A DNA stretch of 48,077 nt from Candidatus Poribacteria bacterium (lineage in GTDB: Bacteria; Poribacteria; WGA-4E; UBA9662), in assembly GCA_036339735.1 (NCBI GenBank), contig JAYZAL010000027.1:1-48077 (forward strand). The letters are read 5' to 3'. The first letter of the stretch is position 1. Every line of letters begins with the position of its first letter. A program made the translations under genes and the position numbers. The notes under the pieces are model-generated. The model worked only from the letters and a program-made list of their open reading frames with translations, had not been told where the DNA came from and did no database searches. Below, in pieces: positions 46,865 to 48,077 of the stretch.

Positions 46865-47986
46865 TCATATTTTGAAGCTGTGATCGATTATATAATTTTC
46901 ATCTGGTACAATGCCAAGCCCAGCTGCATCTGGAACATTGACAACAGCTTGGTCAATTGTCAAGTTGGTTGCAACCATATTATCCAAGAACACTGGCGCA
47001 TTTAGCTCTGGTGGAAAAACCAAATCTAGGGTTGAAAAAAGGTGGGTTGACGCTATAAAACCAACGCCTGATTCAGTTAAACCACTACCGAATAATTCAA
47101 TAGAATTAGCCGAGGCTAAGTGAGCTACCTGCCAGCATTGACGGATTCCAGCCGATTTGCAAATTTTTAAGACTACAGCATCGACACACTCAAGTCGGAT
47201 GATTTTTGCTAGGTCATAGATGGAAAAACACCCTTCATCAACTGCAATCGGAACATGGCTGTTTTCGCGTATTCGTTTTAAGCCTAGCCAATCTTGGCTT
47301 ATTAGTGGCTGCTCAAAAACTTTAACAGCCGGTAAATTTTCAATTCGTCGAAGTAAACTTATGGCTTGAGAAAGAGTATAACTTTGGTTAGCATCAATCC
47401 AAATCTCAGCATGTTTTACAGATTCAGCCACCGCTCTGATCCGATCTTCATCAAGATCTGGGTCACCGTTGATCTTAACTTTGAAGTGTCTACAAGGAGA
47501 AAGAAGTAGAGCTTGCTGAGCCATAATTTTGGGCTGATCAATACTGAGCGCATAGCAGAGTGGTAGCTGATTGTACTTTTTCCCACCGAGCAAGGCATGA
47601 ATCGGTGCTCCTAGCATGTGTCCAACTAAATCATGCAAAGCGATATCAACAGCGGCTACTGCGAATGGGTGACCATTGCTAACTGAAGGTTTTATGATTT
47701 GGCTTATTTTTTGATGAATAAGATTGATCTGTAATGGGTTGGATCCCAAGAGAATTGGCTTGATATAACGACTAATCGTCGTTACCATAGACTCTATAGT
47801 TTCGTAACTCCAAGAGGGTAAAGCACGTTGTTCTCCCCAACCAATAAGACCATCTTCGGTGACAATTTTAACAAACAAGTGATCACCAGCAGATAAGTTA
47901 TCACCAACGAACCCAGTTCCGATATCGAAGGTTGTTTTAAGACCTACTTTAACTGGAAAAATCTCCACACGTTCAATTTTCGACAT
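46865..47986 (-). CDS. Muconate cycloisomerase/dipeptide epimerase-subgroup enolase-superfamily enzyme
   Basis: GWGE, AAVDIALHDL, FKVKI (KxK), DANQ, EQP, DEG, LKICK. ATG 47986 is preferred over the track's TTG 47998. Confidence 0.9.
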   Translation of the reverse strand: MSKIERVEIFPVKVGLKTTFDIGTGFVGDNLSAGDHLFVKIVTEDGLIGWGEQRALPSWSYETIESMVTTISRYIKPILLGSNPLQINLIHQKISQIIKPSVSNGHPFAVAAVDIALHDLVGHMLGAPIHALLGGKKYNQLPLCYALSIDQPKIMAQQALLLSPCRHFKVKINGDPDLDEDRIRAVAESVKHAEIWIDANQSYTLSQAISLLRRIENLPAVKVFEQPLISQDWLGLKRIRENSHVPIAVDEGCFSIYDLAKIIRLECVDAVVLKICKSAGIRQCWQVAHLASANSIELFGSGLTESGVGFIASTHLFSTLDLVFPPELNAPVFLDNMVATNLTIDQAVVNVPDAAGLGIVPDENYIIDHSFKI

Positions 47987-48077
47987 AATAGCATTCAATA
48001 AGATAGCATTAATTCTGAATTTAGCAACGAGTCTTCAATCTAACACAGTTTATGATATGATTCAACTATGTCTAACC

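Noticed and set aside
132-47598. Many 60-143 aa ORFs nested in or antisense to the long genes (e.g. 724-957, 4369-4800, 25663-26043, 44098-44424)
   Set aside because: Shadow frames of well-supported CDSs with no motifs or independent signals.

Overview
Gene-dense, AT-rich bacterial chromosomal segment. It is most likely from Candidatus Poribacteria; this is an inference from a C-terminal 'AVxPxxxLxxTWxxLK' motif, a DUF6785-type membrane protein, and sulfatase, PmoA-like and PQQ-propeller genes. Housekeeping content: tyrA-cmk-plsC, trpD-trpC, pdxS-pdxT-mqnE-mqnA, comM and a PPi-type PEP carboxykinase. Catabolic content: two enolase-superfamily enzymes, a sulfatase, a Gfo/Idh/MocA oxidoreductase and a sugar-phosphate isomerase. 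Envelope content: a 3848-aa modular surface protein, a DUF4398/OmpA lipoprotein pair, a WG-repeat/EF-hand protein and an Nma111/DEG7-like protease. No rRNA, tRNA, CRISPR array or transposase was recognised. The most interesting signals are non-coding. (1) A sigma-54 promoter at 28165 is followed by a hairpin RNA with anti-Shine-Dalgarno-like CUCC(UU) loops and two further nested multi-stem domains in the 813-nt gap before the PEPCK gene. (2) A self-contained ~125-nt minus-strand unit upstream of tyrA has a promoter, a perfect SD, a 14-codon ORF, an SD/anti-SD hairpin and a terminator. All RNA structures were folded by eye and all protein calls come from motif recognition, not database searches.
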